From: Candidatus Dojkabacteria bacterium HGW-Dojkabacteria-1
GTDB taxonomy: Bacteria; Patescibacteriota; Dojkabacteria; SC72
DNA length: 64,000 nt
Direction: 5' to 3'
Assembly (NCBI GenBank): GCA_002840365.1
Contig: PHAO01000001.1
Span: 303,514 to 367,513, forward strand
Shown here: positions 19,086 through 28,777 of the stretch, in pieces
Position numbering within the stretch: the first letter of the stretch is position 1
How the letters are laid out: the number at the start of each line of letters is the position of its first letter
Notes under the pieces: generated by a model
Seen by the model: the letters and a program-made list of their open reading frames with translations, nothing else
What the model was told of the DNA's origin: nothing
Database searches by the model: none
Translations under genes and position numbers: made by a program

Positions 19086-21980
19086 ATGGATAGTATAAAG
19101 ATATCAAAAGAGCATAATATGCCTACTTTTCCAAACACAGAGTTGGAGATATTAAGATATTGGGAGGAAAAAGATATCTTGCGAAAATCAATTGAGCAAA
19201 GACCCACAGACAAACCATTCACCTTCTATGATGGACCAATAACTTCTAATAATAAACCCCACTATGGCCATGCTCTAACAATGGTAATCAAAGATGTTGT
19301 TCCTAGGTACAAAACTATGAAAGGCTTTAGAGTAGATAGGAGTTTAGGATGGGATTGTCAGGGTATACCTGTAGAGTATGAGGTTGAAAAGGAATTAGGA
19401 TTCGAACAGAAAGAAGATATTGAGAAATTTGGAATAGAAAAATTCAATGAGATGTGTAGAAAATCAGTTGAGAAATATCAAGGTGAGATATCTGCATTAA
19501 CTAAAAGAATGGGTAGATGGGTTAACAAAGATGAAGAGTATGCTACGATGGACTCTTCTTACATCGAAAGTGTATGGTGGTCATTAAAAGAGCTTTACAA
19601 TAAAGGATTGTTGTATCAAGGATACAAGGTAGTACCTTACTCTACTAGAGCAGGTACAACTCTTTCTAACTCGGAGGTAGCATTAGGAGGATACCAAGCG
19701 GTAGTTGACCCTGCAGTAACAGTTAAGCTTAAACTTAAGGAGAAAGATTCATATCTTCTAATATGGACTACAACTCCTTGGACACTACCAGGTAATCTAC
19801 TCGCTGCAGTTGGTAGGTCTTTTGACTATGTAGAAGTAGAATATGAAGGTGAAAAATATATAGTGGGGAAAGAGCTCGTAGAAACAATCTTTGGTAAGCA
19901 GTTAGAAATATTAAACACATACAAAGGTGAAGAGCTTGTAGGTATGGAGTATGAACCTTTATATCCTTACTACGCTGAGAAGAGCAAGGAGGGAGCATTT
20001 AAGGTAGTACATGCAGAACATGTAACTTTTGAGGATGGTACGGGTATTGTTCATCAGGCACCATATGGAGAAGAGGACTTCATATTAATGACCGGTATGG
20101 GTATTGGTATGTTTGACTATCTTGATGATCAAGGAAATATGAAAGAAGAGATAGAGCAGTTTAAGGGAATGTTCTACAAGAAGGCCAACAAATACATTAT
20201 GCAAGATCTGCAGGAGAGAAATCTTCTTTTTAAACATGAGGAATATGAGCACCAAATGCCAATGTGTTGGAGAACAAATACACCTTTAATATACAAACCT
20301 ATCAAGAGTTGGTATGTAAAGGTAACTGCTATAAGGGAATTGTTAGTAAAAGAGAACAAAAGTATAGGGTGGGTTCCAGAGCATGTAAAAGAGGGTCGTT
20401 TTGGTAATTGGTTAGAGGATGCAAGAGATTGGGCTCTAAGTAGAAATAGGTATTGGGGAACACCACTTCCAGCATGGGTATGCGACAAGTGTGGTGAAGT
20501 AGAAGTTCTTGGATCTTTTGCTGAAGTAAAAGAGAAATCTGGAGTAGAACTTAGAGATCCACATAAACCATTTGTAGATGATATTACATACAAATGTGAG
20601 AAATGTGCAGGTGAGATGAGAAGAGTAGAAGACGTAATAGATGTATGGTATGACTCAGGTGCTATGCCATTTGCAAGATTCCACTATCCATTTGAAAATC
20701 AAGAGAAATTTAAGTCTAAATATCCTGCAGAATTCATAGGAGAGGGTGTTGATCAAACAAGGGGTTGGTTCTATACCTTGCATGTACTAGGAGGAGCATT
20801 GTTTAACAAGAAAGCTTTTAAAAATGTAATAGTTAATGGTATGGCACTAGCTCCAGATGGAACGAAAATGTCCAAGAGTAAGCGCAACTATACCGAAGTA
20901 AATCTTGTATTAGATCAACTTGGAGCAGACGCATTAAGGTTGTACTTTGTTAGCTCCCCAATTGTTAATGGTGAAGAGGTTGTATTTAGTGAAAAGTTTC
21001 TAAAAGATATTACAGCTACTGTATTACTTCCATATTGGAACTCAGTAAAATATTTCCTCAACTATCAATCTCAATTCAAGTGGAAATATGATTCCAATTG
21101 GAGTACGGACAATGTAATGGATAGGTGGATATTGGCAAGATTAAATCAAACAGTACAAGAGGTAGAAGAAGGTATGGAAAGTTACAAGCTTCACAAAGCA
21201 TCTAAACCAATATTCAATTTAATTGACGATTTGTCTAAATGGTATATAAGAAGGTCTAGAGAAAGATTTGTTAATGGTGATAAGCAGGCTTTGGATACTC
21301 TTCATTTTGTACTTTTTGAAATATCAAAATTAATGGCTCCTTTTGCACCATTCATATCTGAATCTGTATACATGACACTAGCAAATGGATTTATACCATC
21401 TGTAAAAGAGTCTGTACATTTAGAGGATTTTCCATCTGTAAACAAAGAGTTCTTAAATGAAGAACTCCTTTCTAATATGTCTAAGGTAAGAGATATATGT
21501 TCCATAGGGTTAAATATTAGAGATGAGAAAAAACTTAAAGTAAGACAGCCTCTTTCTAAGGTATACATACCTTTGGAAGAGAAAGATATGATGGAAATAG
21601 TTAAGGGTGAGTTAAATGTAAAAGATGTAATATATTCGGAAAAGAAAGTAGAGGGAGAAGGTATAGAATCTCAAGAGGCAAAGTATGTATTTGTTTCTCT
21701 TGATACAAAGATTACAGAAGAATTGAAAGAGGAAGGGTTGTTAAATGAAATTGTAAGGGGATTGCAAGTTGCTAGAAAGGATAGTGGTTGTCAAATGGGT
21801 GAAATGATATCAGTGAAATATAGGAGTGAGAGTAAGGAAATATTAGATTTAATCGAGAAAAACAAGGAGAAACTTTGTAAGATGATATTTGTAGAATCAT
21901 TTGAAAAATCCCAAGAGATAACAGGGAATACTGTGATAAAGGTTGAAAATTATACTTTAGAGATAGAGATAGTTAAGTAG
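19086..21980 (+). CDS. valS: Valyl-tRNA synthetase
   Basis: 964 aa; HYGH motif (PHYGHAL), KMSKS motif (KMSKSKRN), and the editing and coiled-coil C-terminal domains. Confidence 0.9.
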   Translation: MDSIKISKEHNMPTFPNTELEILRYWEEKDILRKSIEQRPTDKPFTFYDGPITSNNKPHYGHALTMVIKDVVPRYKTMKGFRVDRSLGWDCQGIPVEYEVEKELGFEQKEDIEKFGIEKFNEMCRKSVEKYQGEISALTKRMGRWVNKDEEYATMDSSYIESVWWSLKELYNKGLLYQGYKVVPYSTRAGTTLSNSEVALGGYQAVVDPAVTVKLKLKEKDSYLLIWTTTPWTLPGNLLAAVGRSFDYVEVEYEGEKYIVGKELVETIFGKQLEILNTYKGEELVGMEYEPLYPYYAEKSKEGAFKVVHAEHVTFEDGTGIVHQAPYGEEDFILMTGMGIGMFDYLDDQGNMKEEIEQFKGMFYKKANKYIMQDLQERNLLFKHEEYEHQMPMCWRTNTPLIYKPIKSWYVKVTAIRELLVKENKSIGWVPEHVKEGRFGNWLEDARDWALSRNRYWGTPLPAWVCDKCGEVEVLGSFAEVKEKSGVELRDPHKPFVDDITYKCEKCAGEMRRVEDVIDVWYDSGAMPFARFHYPFENQEKFKSKYPAEFIGEGVDQTRGWFYTLHVLGGALFNKKAFKNVIVNGMALAPDGTKMSKSKRNYTEVNLVLDQLGADALRLYFVSSPIVNGEEVVFSEKFLKDITATVLLPYWNSVKYFLNYQSQFKWKYDSNWSTDNVMDRWILARLNQTVQEVEEGMESYKLHKASKPIFNLIDDLSKWYIRRSRERFVNGDKQALDTLHFVLFEISKLMAPFAPFISESVYMTLANGFIPSVKESVHLEDFPSVNKEFLNEELLSNMSKVRDICSIGLNIRDEKKLKVRQPLSKVYIPLEEKDMMEIVKGELNVKDVIYSEKKVEGEGIESQEAKYVFVSLDTKITEELKEEGLLNEIVRGLQVARKDSGCQMGEMISVKYRSESKEILDLIEKNKEKLCKMIFVESFEKSQEITGNTVIKVENYTLEIEIVK

Positions 21981-21983
21981 ATA

Positions 21984-22505
21984 CTACTCTTCTATCTTTG
22001 TTTCAATACCTGTAATCTTTTCGAAGGTTTTTGCTGCAGTAAATAGCTTTACTCCAGATGATACTGCTAATTCACCAACGATATCATTTATTGCCCTATT
22101 TAATTCGTTTTCAATTGTTACAGGGATTAGTCTACCATCCTTTTCTCTACCTTTCTTAACATGATTACAGTACTGTATTGTTTCAATTGCGCTATCAATG
22201 TTTGCACCCTCCTCAAGTTTCTTAAAGAGTTCCATGAGTTTGTTAAAATCAGTAGTTTTTGGATCCTTTGTAGGTTTCTTTTTTAGTATGGATATTTTAT
22301 CCATAATTTCTTTTGTAGAAGATACTGGTCTAACACTTAGATTATCAATATTTTCAATTGGAGTTGATATTGTTATAGAACTATTTATAAACTCAAATTC
22401 AAAATACTGTTTTTTTTCTCCATTAAATTCAATTTCTTTTTCCTGTTTAACCCATCCTGCGCCATGTGAGGGATAGAATACTTTTGATCCAATCTTGAAG
22501 TTCAT
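21984..22505 (-). CDS. CarD/CdnL-family RNA-polymerase-binding transcription factor
   Basis: N-terminus MNFKIGSKVFYPSHGAGWVKQEKEIEFNGEKKQYFEFEF matches the CarD_CdnL_TRCF RID domain. Confidence 0.7.
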   Translation of the reverse strand: MNFKIGSKVFYPSHGAGWVKQEKEIEFNGEKKQYFEFEFINSSITISTPIENIDNLSVRPVSSTKEIMDKISILKKKPTKDPKTTDFNKLMELFKKLEEGANIDSAIETIQYCNHVKKGREKDGRLIPVTIENELNRAINDIVGELAVSSGVKLFTAAKTFEKITGIETKIEE

Positions 22506-22566
22506 AATAAGGTATAATTGTTAACTAAACATTTAATTATACCATTTTTTAATATACAATTCACTT

Positions 22567-23586
22567 ATGAAAATAACAGTAATTGGAGGAGGAACAGGTA
22601 CATCAACAGTATTAGAAGGCCTAAAAAAATATAGGGACTTAGATCTGTCTATTATTGTTGGAATGATGGATGATGGAGGGAGCAATGCTGTTGTAAGAGA
22701 TGAATTCGGTCTTTTACCATTTAGTGATTTAAGGAAATCTATTATCGCTTTGTCCGAAGAAAACGAAGGGGATATCTTAAGAAGATTGTTTACATACAGA
22801 TTTGCACAGGGTGAAGGTTTAAGAGGTCATACATTAGGAAACTTACTTATGATCGCAATGACAGAGATTACTGGCTCTGAAGTTTCTGCGATAGAGATGT
22901 TTAAATATTTATTCAATGTTCGTGGTGATATACACCCTGTAACTTTAGATAAGGTGAAATTGGTTGCTGAGTATAGTAATGGAAAAAAGGTAGTAGGTGA
23001 GCATTTAATTGATGAACCAGAAGAAGATTTAAGGATTAAGGATTTCTATTTAGACGGAGAAGCGAAAGCATACGAAGGTGCAGTAGAATCTATTCTAGAA
23101 TCACAATTTATTATAGTTGGGCCTGGAGATTTATATACCACTACTCTCGCTAATATTGTAGTTGATGGTATTTCTCAAGCTTTACAAAAAACTAAAGCAA
23201 AGATTATCTTTATTCCCAACCTTATGACTAAGATAGGGCAAACAAGAGGATTTACTCACAAGGGAATGGTGGAGCTTTTAGAGGGATATATTGGTAGGAA
23301 GTTTGACTATATTCTAGTTAATAGTGGGAAAATACCTAAACAAGCATATGATAGGTATATAGCAGATGGAGAGAAGCTTTTTGAAGATGATTTGGGATAT
23401 GAATCAGAGAGGACTATCATTAGAGATGATTTGGTTGCTAATTCCTTGATAAAGAAAGATAAAGGGGATGTACTTGTTAGAAGTTTAGTTAGGCACGACC
23501 CTCATAAATTAGGAAGGAATCTATACAGTATATTTAGGGGAGAATGGAAATCAATTATTTACAAGCTTCTTTCCCTTTATCGTTAA
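22567..23586 (+). CDS. YvcK/CofD-family protein (UPF0052, gluconeogenesis-factor-like)
   Basis: N-terminal ITVIGGGTG Rossmann motif with a downstream DDGGS motif; 339 aa. Confidence 0.7.
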   Translation: MKITVIGGGTGTSTVLEGLKKYRDLDLSIIVGMMDDGGSNAVVRDEFGLLPFSDLRKSIIALSEENEGDILRRLFTYRFAQGEGLRGHTLGNLLMIAMTEITGSEVSAIEMFKYLFNVRGDIHPVTLDKVKLVAEYSNGKKVVGEHLIDEPEEDLRIKDFYLDGEAKAYEGAVESILESQFIIVGPGDLYTTTLANIVVDGISQALQKTKAKIIFIPNLMTKIGQTRGFTHKGMVELLEGYIGRKFDYILVNSGKIPKQAYDRYIADGEKLFEDDLGYESERTIIRDDLVANSLIKKDKGDVLVRSLVRHDPHKLGRNLYSIFRGEWKSIIYKLLSLYR

Positions 23587-24249
23587 CAATTTCCCTCTCT
23601 CTAATCTTTTTATATATTTACCTTCATAATATATTTCTATTGAAAAATACTTTTTTAAGATATTTAATATATCTTCTGGTTTACTGTTTTGTATTGGATG
23701 ATATTCAATTGAAATATTGTTTACATTCATGAGTAAATGCTCATTAGCTTTAATTAGGGTTAATTCACATCCTTCAGTATCTATTTTGAGCATATCTACT
23801 TCATACTTTAAATATTCATCTAGAGTTGTGGTATCTACAATAATTTTCTTTGTTTGTTCTTTTCCTGTCCAACTCTTTTCTAAAAAACTTGAATTTGAAT
23901 TCCACTCATTTTGTGTACCATCAACATACAAATCTCTTTTTGTACTTTCTTTCCATACTGCCTTATTAAAAGCTTTAATATTACTTAGGTTGTTTCTATA
24001 TATGTTTTCTTCTAAGTATTTAAAAGATATAGGATTTGGTTCAAAGGCGAATATTTTACTCTTAGGGTATATTGCCTTGAAGTAAAGTACTGAGATACCA
24101 ATATGGGAACCGATATCAAGAATAACTGGAGATTCTTTCTCTGTTTCAAAGTGATATATATCTTCTCCCCAGATTTCTTTTTTTAAGGAATGAAATTCCT
24201 TACTGTTTGGAAATACAACAGAGAATTTACCAAGCTTAGTCTCTTGCAT
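23551..24249 (-). CDS. FkbM-family SAM-dependent methyltransferase
   Basis: ILDIGSHIGISVLYF...IFAFEPNPISFKYLEENI matches Methyltransf_21/FkbM. The gene converges on yvcK and overlaps it by about 36 bp. Confidence 0.6.
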   Translation of the reverse strand: MQETKLGKFSVVFPNSKEFHSLKKEIWGEDIYHFETEKESPVILDIGSHIGISVLYFKAIYPKSKIFAFEPNPISFKYLEENIYRNNLSNIKAFNKAVWKESTKRDLYVDGTQNEWNSNSSFLEKSWTGKEQTKKIIVDTTTLDEYLKYEVDMLKIDTEGCELTLIKANEHLLMNVNNISIEYHPIQNSKPEDILNILKKYFSIEIYYEGKYIKRLERGKLLTIKGKKLVNN

Positions 24250-24258
24250 ATGGATATA

Positions 24259-24852
24259 TTACTTCTCTATTTCACTCATTACAAAGGTAACTTTTCTTGC
24301 CCACTCAGAAGCACTTGGAGGACAGTAGTAAGGAGCAATCTTTTGAGGAGTATTTAATCCTCTTGAGTAGTATCTTCCTAAACCAGCAGATACTTGATCA
24401 ATACCCTCTTCCCAGCTTGAAAAGTTCTTTTTGCCCCATCCCCATGCATTGTAGGTTCTGAATGTATGCTTACCACCACTTGATTCGATAATTGAAATTG
24501 CAGCTACAAGTCTGTAGTCAATACCATATCTGTCAGCTGCTTCTACTAACTCTTTCGCATATGCAGCTAAAGGAGCGTTTCTTCTTTCTAAGTATGTTTT
24601 AACATTCTCTATCTTTCTTAACTTTTCGGTATCTTCTGATCTTGTAGATACTGCCTCTTCTAATATTCTTTCTTTAATTTCATTAGAGTCCATAAATCTA
24701 ACAACTTCTTCACCGCTTTCAATGTAAAGTGCTTGATTTGTACTCATAACCTGTTTTGGAGATATTTGTTCTACTGTATTTAATATTAGTCCTGCAAAGA
24801 GTATTCCTGCAATTACAGCTAATATATTTTTTTTGTTTAAAAGTATATTCAT
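24259..24852 (-). CDS. Secreted lysozyme-like/peptidoglycan hydrolase candidate
   Basis: Signal anchor, then LAAYAKELVEAADRYGIDYRLVAAISIIESSGG, a glucosaminidase/SLT-like active-site context. Confidence 0.35.
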   Translation of the reverse strand: MNILLNKKNILAVIAGILFAGLILNTVEQISPKQVMSTNQALYIESGEEVVRFMDSNEIKERILEEAVSTRSEDTEKLRKIENVKTYLERRNAPLAAYAKELVEAADRYGIDYRLVAAISIIESSGGKHTFRTYNAWGWGKKNFSSWEEGIDQVSAGLGRYYSRGLNTPQKIAPYYCPPSASEWARKVTFVMSEIEK

Positions 24853-24930
24853 ATGTATTTTATTTATTCTTATACCTTGTACCCCATAGTTTTCTTTTTC
24901 ACAGCAACATTTTTGTGATACTATGTATCT

Positions 24931-26610
24931 GTGAATATGCAGTACAAAGTAATGGGAATAAAAAAGAGTAAGAAAAAATACTTCTTACTCATACCTACAA
25001 TAGCTATTATACCATTTTTAAGCTTCTTTTTCTATTTCCTACTTTTTACACAAGCACCATTTGTACTCCTTAGAAGTTACTTTTTTGATTACACTCCTAA
25101 GGTTAATTATGAAACTTTCAAGATATATATTGATGATTCTGTGTCAGAGAGTGTTAGAGAGATAATTGTTAAAGAGGTGGAGGATATTGAATTTCAGGGT
25201 AAGAGAAGATTCGAATTTGTTGAGAAGAGTAAGTCTGATTTTGTATTAGGTGTATCAACTTCTAAAGAGAGTAATATTGTAACTAAGGAATTAATACCTG
25301 TTGGACACATCTATTGGATTAATGGTGAGAGTAATCTTAATGGAACGGAAATATTAATGGAGGAAGAGGAATATCTTTTCGCAAGTGAGTATATATCATC
25401 AATTCTAGATGTAAAGGTCAAAAAGGTTGATGTATTAGCAGATGAATTGAAAAAAAGTGAAAAGAACATTGGATTGGTTTTTCCTTCTAAATTAAGTAAA
25501 GAGTTGAAAGTTTTAAGATATGATGATGAATTTGCAATTAATGATGAGAAGGGGGGTATAAAAATATCGTATTCATTAGAGGGAAATGAGAAAGTTCCAT
25601 TTGTATATTCGATACTTTCGAAGAACATAGAGGGGTTTGAGGATGACATTATTGAAAGAGAAAAGGTTGTAAAGATAAATATGACAGGTGTTACAGCAAT
25701 ATCTCGTGGTTTAGCTATGAAGATGGATTCAACGAGAGATTATGCTTACGCAGCAAAAGAAATAGGGGAATTTTTGGCAGATGCAGACTTAACACATACC
25801 TCTAATGAGGTTTCCTTTATGGAGGGATGCGTGGCTTCTGTAGGTATGAGATTTTGTTCTAAACCAGAATATATTGAAACATTAAAAAAGAGTGGAATAG
25901 ATATTGTTGAATTAACAGGGAATCACAACAATGATTTCGGTTCATCATACAATACAAAGAGTATTGAAATGTATAAAGAGTTAGGATGGGATTACTTTGG
26001 TGGTGGATTAAATGCACAAGATGCTAGTAAGATACTTTACAAAGAAGTTAAAGACAGTAGAGTTGCCTTTGTTGGATACAATTATTACGACACTATGCTT
26101 AATACTGCAGCTATAGCTTCTGATACAAGGGCAGGGGCTAATTCCTATTCTGTTGAGAAGCTAGAGCGAGATATTAAAGAGGCAAAAGAAAATGCAGATG
26201 TAGTAATAGTTACATTTCAGTTCCAAGAGTGTTATAGCTATCCTCCATCTGATGTAATTTATCCTATTTGTTACAAACCTCTTTCATCTCCTGATCAGAA
26301 GGGAGTCTTTAGAAAGGCTGTAGATTTTGGTGCAGATGTAGTAGTTGGAACACAGGCCCATCAGCCACAAACATATGAAGTATACAAGGAGGGAGTAATT
26401 TTCTATGGCTTGGGTAATTTGTATTTTGATCAATACAGATGGATTGGTACAAGGCAGGGTCTAGTTTTATCCCTTTATATACTAGAGGGTAAACTTGTTC
26501 AAACAGAATTAACCCCTACATTATCTGATAGGGACTTGATTCCTAGAGTTGCTCAAAAAGAAGACGCCAACTTACTGTTAAATTTGTTGAAGAGTGCAAG
26601 AAATTTCTGA
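24931..26610 (+). CDS. CapA-family metallophosphatase-like protein (poly-gamma-glutamate/capsule biosynthesis type) with N-terminal TM
   Basis: GNHNNDFG and VVGTQAHQPQ motifs typical of CapA (MPP_CapA); N-terminal hydrophobic helix. Confidence 0.6.
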   Translation: MNMQYKVMGIKKSKKKYFLLIPTIAIIPFLSFFFYFLLFTQAPFVLLRSYFFDYTPKVNYETFKIYIDDSVSESVREIIVKEVEDIEFQGKRRFEFVEKSKSDFVLGVSTSKESNIVTKELIPVGHIYWINGESNLNGTEILMEEEEYLFASEYISSILDVKVKKVDVLADELKKSEKNIGLVFPSKLSKELKVLRYDDEFAINDEKGGIKISYSLEGNEKVPFVYSILSKNIEGFEDDIIEREKVVKINMTGVTAISRGLAMKMDSTRDYAYAAKEIGEFLADADLTHTSNEVSFMEGCVASVGMRFCSKPEYIETLKKSGIDIVELTGNHNNDFGSSYNTKSIEMYKELGWDYFGGGLNAQDASKILYKEVKDSRVAFVGYNYYDTMLNTAAIASDTRAGANSYSVEKLERDIKEAKENADVVIVTFQFQECYSYPPSDVIYPICYKPLSSPDQKGVFRKAVDFGADVVVGTQAHQPQTYEVYKEGVIFYGLGNLYFDQYRWIGTRQGLVLSLYILEGKLVQTELTPTLSDRDLIPRVAQKEDANLLLNLLKSARNF

Positions 26611-26647
26611 TATATTGAATAGTGTATAAATTTTTTATAATAGCATA

Positions 26648-27577
26648 GTGGATAATTTCAACAACAATGGTATACCAAATACCCCAAATCCTACTAATGA
26701 TGATACTACTACCCCAAGTACTGATTACAATTCAATGCAACCTCAATCAAATACATTAGGTGTATTACCTACAGATAATGTATCTGGTAGTGCTCCAATA
26801 GATGGACAAACTCCTGTAATGGATCAATCTCCAGATTTAGATGCTTCTGCAATAGATGCATTAGCAGCAAACCCTGAAGATATTAATGCTCAACTGGGAG
26901 TTCAAACCCCACCCATAGAAGAAACTGTTACACAATCTGAAACACCTGCAGAAGATACTGTCCCTGCTGTTGATGTTGCAGGGGCTCCTCAAGTAGTAGA
27001 TCTTTCTGCACCAGTTGAAGAGACTACTCTACCACAAGAAGAGACACTAGTTGAAACAACGGATTCAACATTATCAAGTACTCCAGATATGACAATGCAA
27101 TCTCCTATGGAAGAATCAATCCAACCAATGGAGACTCAAGTAGTAAGTGATACACCTGTAATGCCAGATGTACAACCTGTAACAGAAACAATGTCTATAC
27201 CCCAAGAAGAGGTAACTCCTGCCATGGAAAATACTTCAGACGTATTCGCATCTGCTCAGCCATCTCCAACTATGGAAGAGGCTCCTACGCCTCCTGTAAT
27301 GGAGAGTGCACCTGTCGCTGAAAGTATTGATTCTCAACCAGCATTCCCATCTGTACCTACACCTATGCCAGACATGTCTGCTAATTTAGCACAGCCACTT
27401 AATACAGTTGAACAAGCTCCTGTAGTTGAAGCATCCTCAGAGGAAGTTGTGAGTACACTAAACGAGAGTAGTAAGGAGGAGAAAGATAGTAGTGTGGTTA
27501 TTATTGTTTTGGTAGTAATAATAGTACTGCTTCTTGCAGGTATTGGATATTTTGGATATCAGATTTTTTTGAGTTAA
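26648..27577 (+). CDS. Acidic, Pro/Thr/Glu/Val-rich low-complexity protein with a single C-terminal TM anchor
   Basis: 309 aa, highly biased composition with no predicted globular region; the last about 30 aa (VVIIVLVVIIVLLLAGIGYFGY) are hydrophobic. Confidence 0.4.
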   Translation: MDNFNNNGIPNTPNPTNDDTTTPSTDYNSMQPQSNTLGVLPTDNVSGSAPIDGQTPVMDQSPDLDASAIDALAANPEDINAQLGVQTPPIEETVTQSETPAEDTVPAVDVAGAPQVVDLSAPVEETTLPQEETLVETTDSTLSSTPDMTMQSPMEESIQPMETQVVSDTPVMPDVQPVTETMSIPQEEVTPAMENTSDVFASAQPSPTMEEAPTPPVMESAPVAESIDSQPAFPSVPTPMPDMSANLAQPLNTVEQAPVVEASSEEVVSTLNESSKEEKDSSVVIIVLVVIIVLLLAGIGYFGYQIFLS

Positions 27578-27579
27578 TG

Positions 27580-27963
27580 CTATTCTGAAATCCAAAGCCC
27601 GTGAATATTACAGTATGCTCTTGCCCTTATTCGTGTATACTCTGATGGTATCTTAAATGATACAATTGGATCTTGATTGGGTTTGAGATACTGTGTATAT
27701 ACCTCTTCATCGATTATCAATTCAATGAACTCTATGTAGTGATTCTCTTCCATTGGATGTAGTACGTCTCCAACACTTACCATAGCCATATTATCTCTAA
27801 ACTCAATCACTGGCACATGTTTCTCCATTCCTTCATCCTCGACCTTTTCCTCAAGATGTTGCATAGGTTGGTTACAACATACAAGCGTACCAGAACCTTC
27901 ATGTTGGACTTGTATTACATGCCCACATTCTACACATTTATATATATTGCCCCTCTTAGCCAT
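27580..27963 (-). CDS. dfx: Desulfoferrodoxin-type superoxide reductase (2Fe-SOR)
   Basis: N-terminal desulforedoxin-like CxxC...CC centre (CVECGH...VCCNQ) and C-terminal neelaredoxin-type centre II (EKHVPVIE...H...CNIHGLW). Confidence 0.8.
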   Translation of the reverse strand: MAKRGNIYKCVECGHVIQVQHEGSGTLVCCNQPMQHLEEKVEDEGMEKHVPVIEFRDNMAMVSVGDVLHPMEENHYIEFIELIIDEEVYTQYLKPNQDPIVSFKIPSEYTRIRARAYCNIHGLWISE

Positions 27964-28090
27964 ATTGGTATATGTCTAAATTTATATATTACTTAAACAT
28001 TACATAAAATTTAGAAAAAAATATAGGGTTAGGTATTGTCATATATGAATAAGTCACTTACAATGGATAATAACCTTACATAGTTAGTAC

Positions 28091-28777
28091 TTGCTTAATA
28101 CAGCCAAGAGACTAGAATTAGAACATTTAGAGGTAAACCCAATAGAATTAGGGTATAGGTGGGATGCACTCAGAGGTAAGGTATTAGGTTTAATAGATTT
28201 CAGATTAGAGAATGGTAATCCTCGTCAGTGGTATATTGACCACTATTTGTATGATAAGGATTTGTTTGAAAATGCCTCATATATAGATGAAGTATATTGG
28301 GTAAATAGGGTTCCAAATGGTATTTTAGGTGAGGTATTCTTTTTGGAGGCATGTGAATATTTTGGTTTTGATTGTGTACCTACTGGAGGCGATGAGGATT
28401 CGTGGGGTGCTGATTTTAGATTAGCAAGTAGAGATGGTAGACAAACAAGATTTGTTGATGTAACTATAAATACATCGGAGAGGGGATTAAGGCAAAAGAA
28501 TAGGGTGGGAACATTCCCAACTCTCTTTATACCTTGGCATACAGATTACTACGACCAGAGACACTCACCCTCATATGCAGAAGAATATTTAACAACAGGT
28601 ACTTTTGATGCAGATATGTTTGTAGATGGTATTTTGACCTTTAACTATCGTAATTTACATGATTTAAGAAGGTCTGTATGGAGAGATTCCCCATGGGGAG
28701 AGGGATATATGGCACAAGACGGTATTACATATCTTAGAAACTTAGAAGGAGTTCTAGATATATTAAAGGAGAGATAG
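28091..28777 (+). CDS. Hypothetical protein (228 aa), Trp/Tyr/Asp-rich, higher GC than its neighbours
   Basis: ORF with a coherent codon pattern. A possible PD-(D/E)xK-like arrangement (D...VDVTIN...SERGLRQK) is speculative. Confidence 0.35.
   Translation: MLNTAKRLELEHLEVNPIELGYRWDALRGKVLGLIDFRLENGNPRQWYIDHYLYDKDLFENASYIDEVYWVNRVPNGILGEVFFLEACEYFGFDCVPTGGDEDSWGADFRLASRDGRQTRFVDVTINTSERGLRQKNRVGTFPTLFIPWHTDYYDQRHSPSYAEEYLTTGTFDADMFVDGILTFNYRNLHDLRRSVWRDSPWGEGYMAQDGITYLRNLEGVLDILKER

Noticed and set aside
19040-19222. 60-aa - strand ORF across the valS leader and start
   Set aside because: It overlaps the T-box terminator and the valS start; a spurious AT-rich frame.
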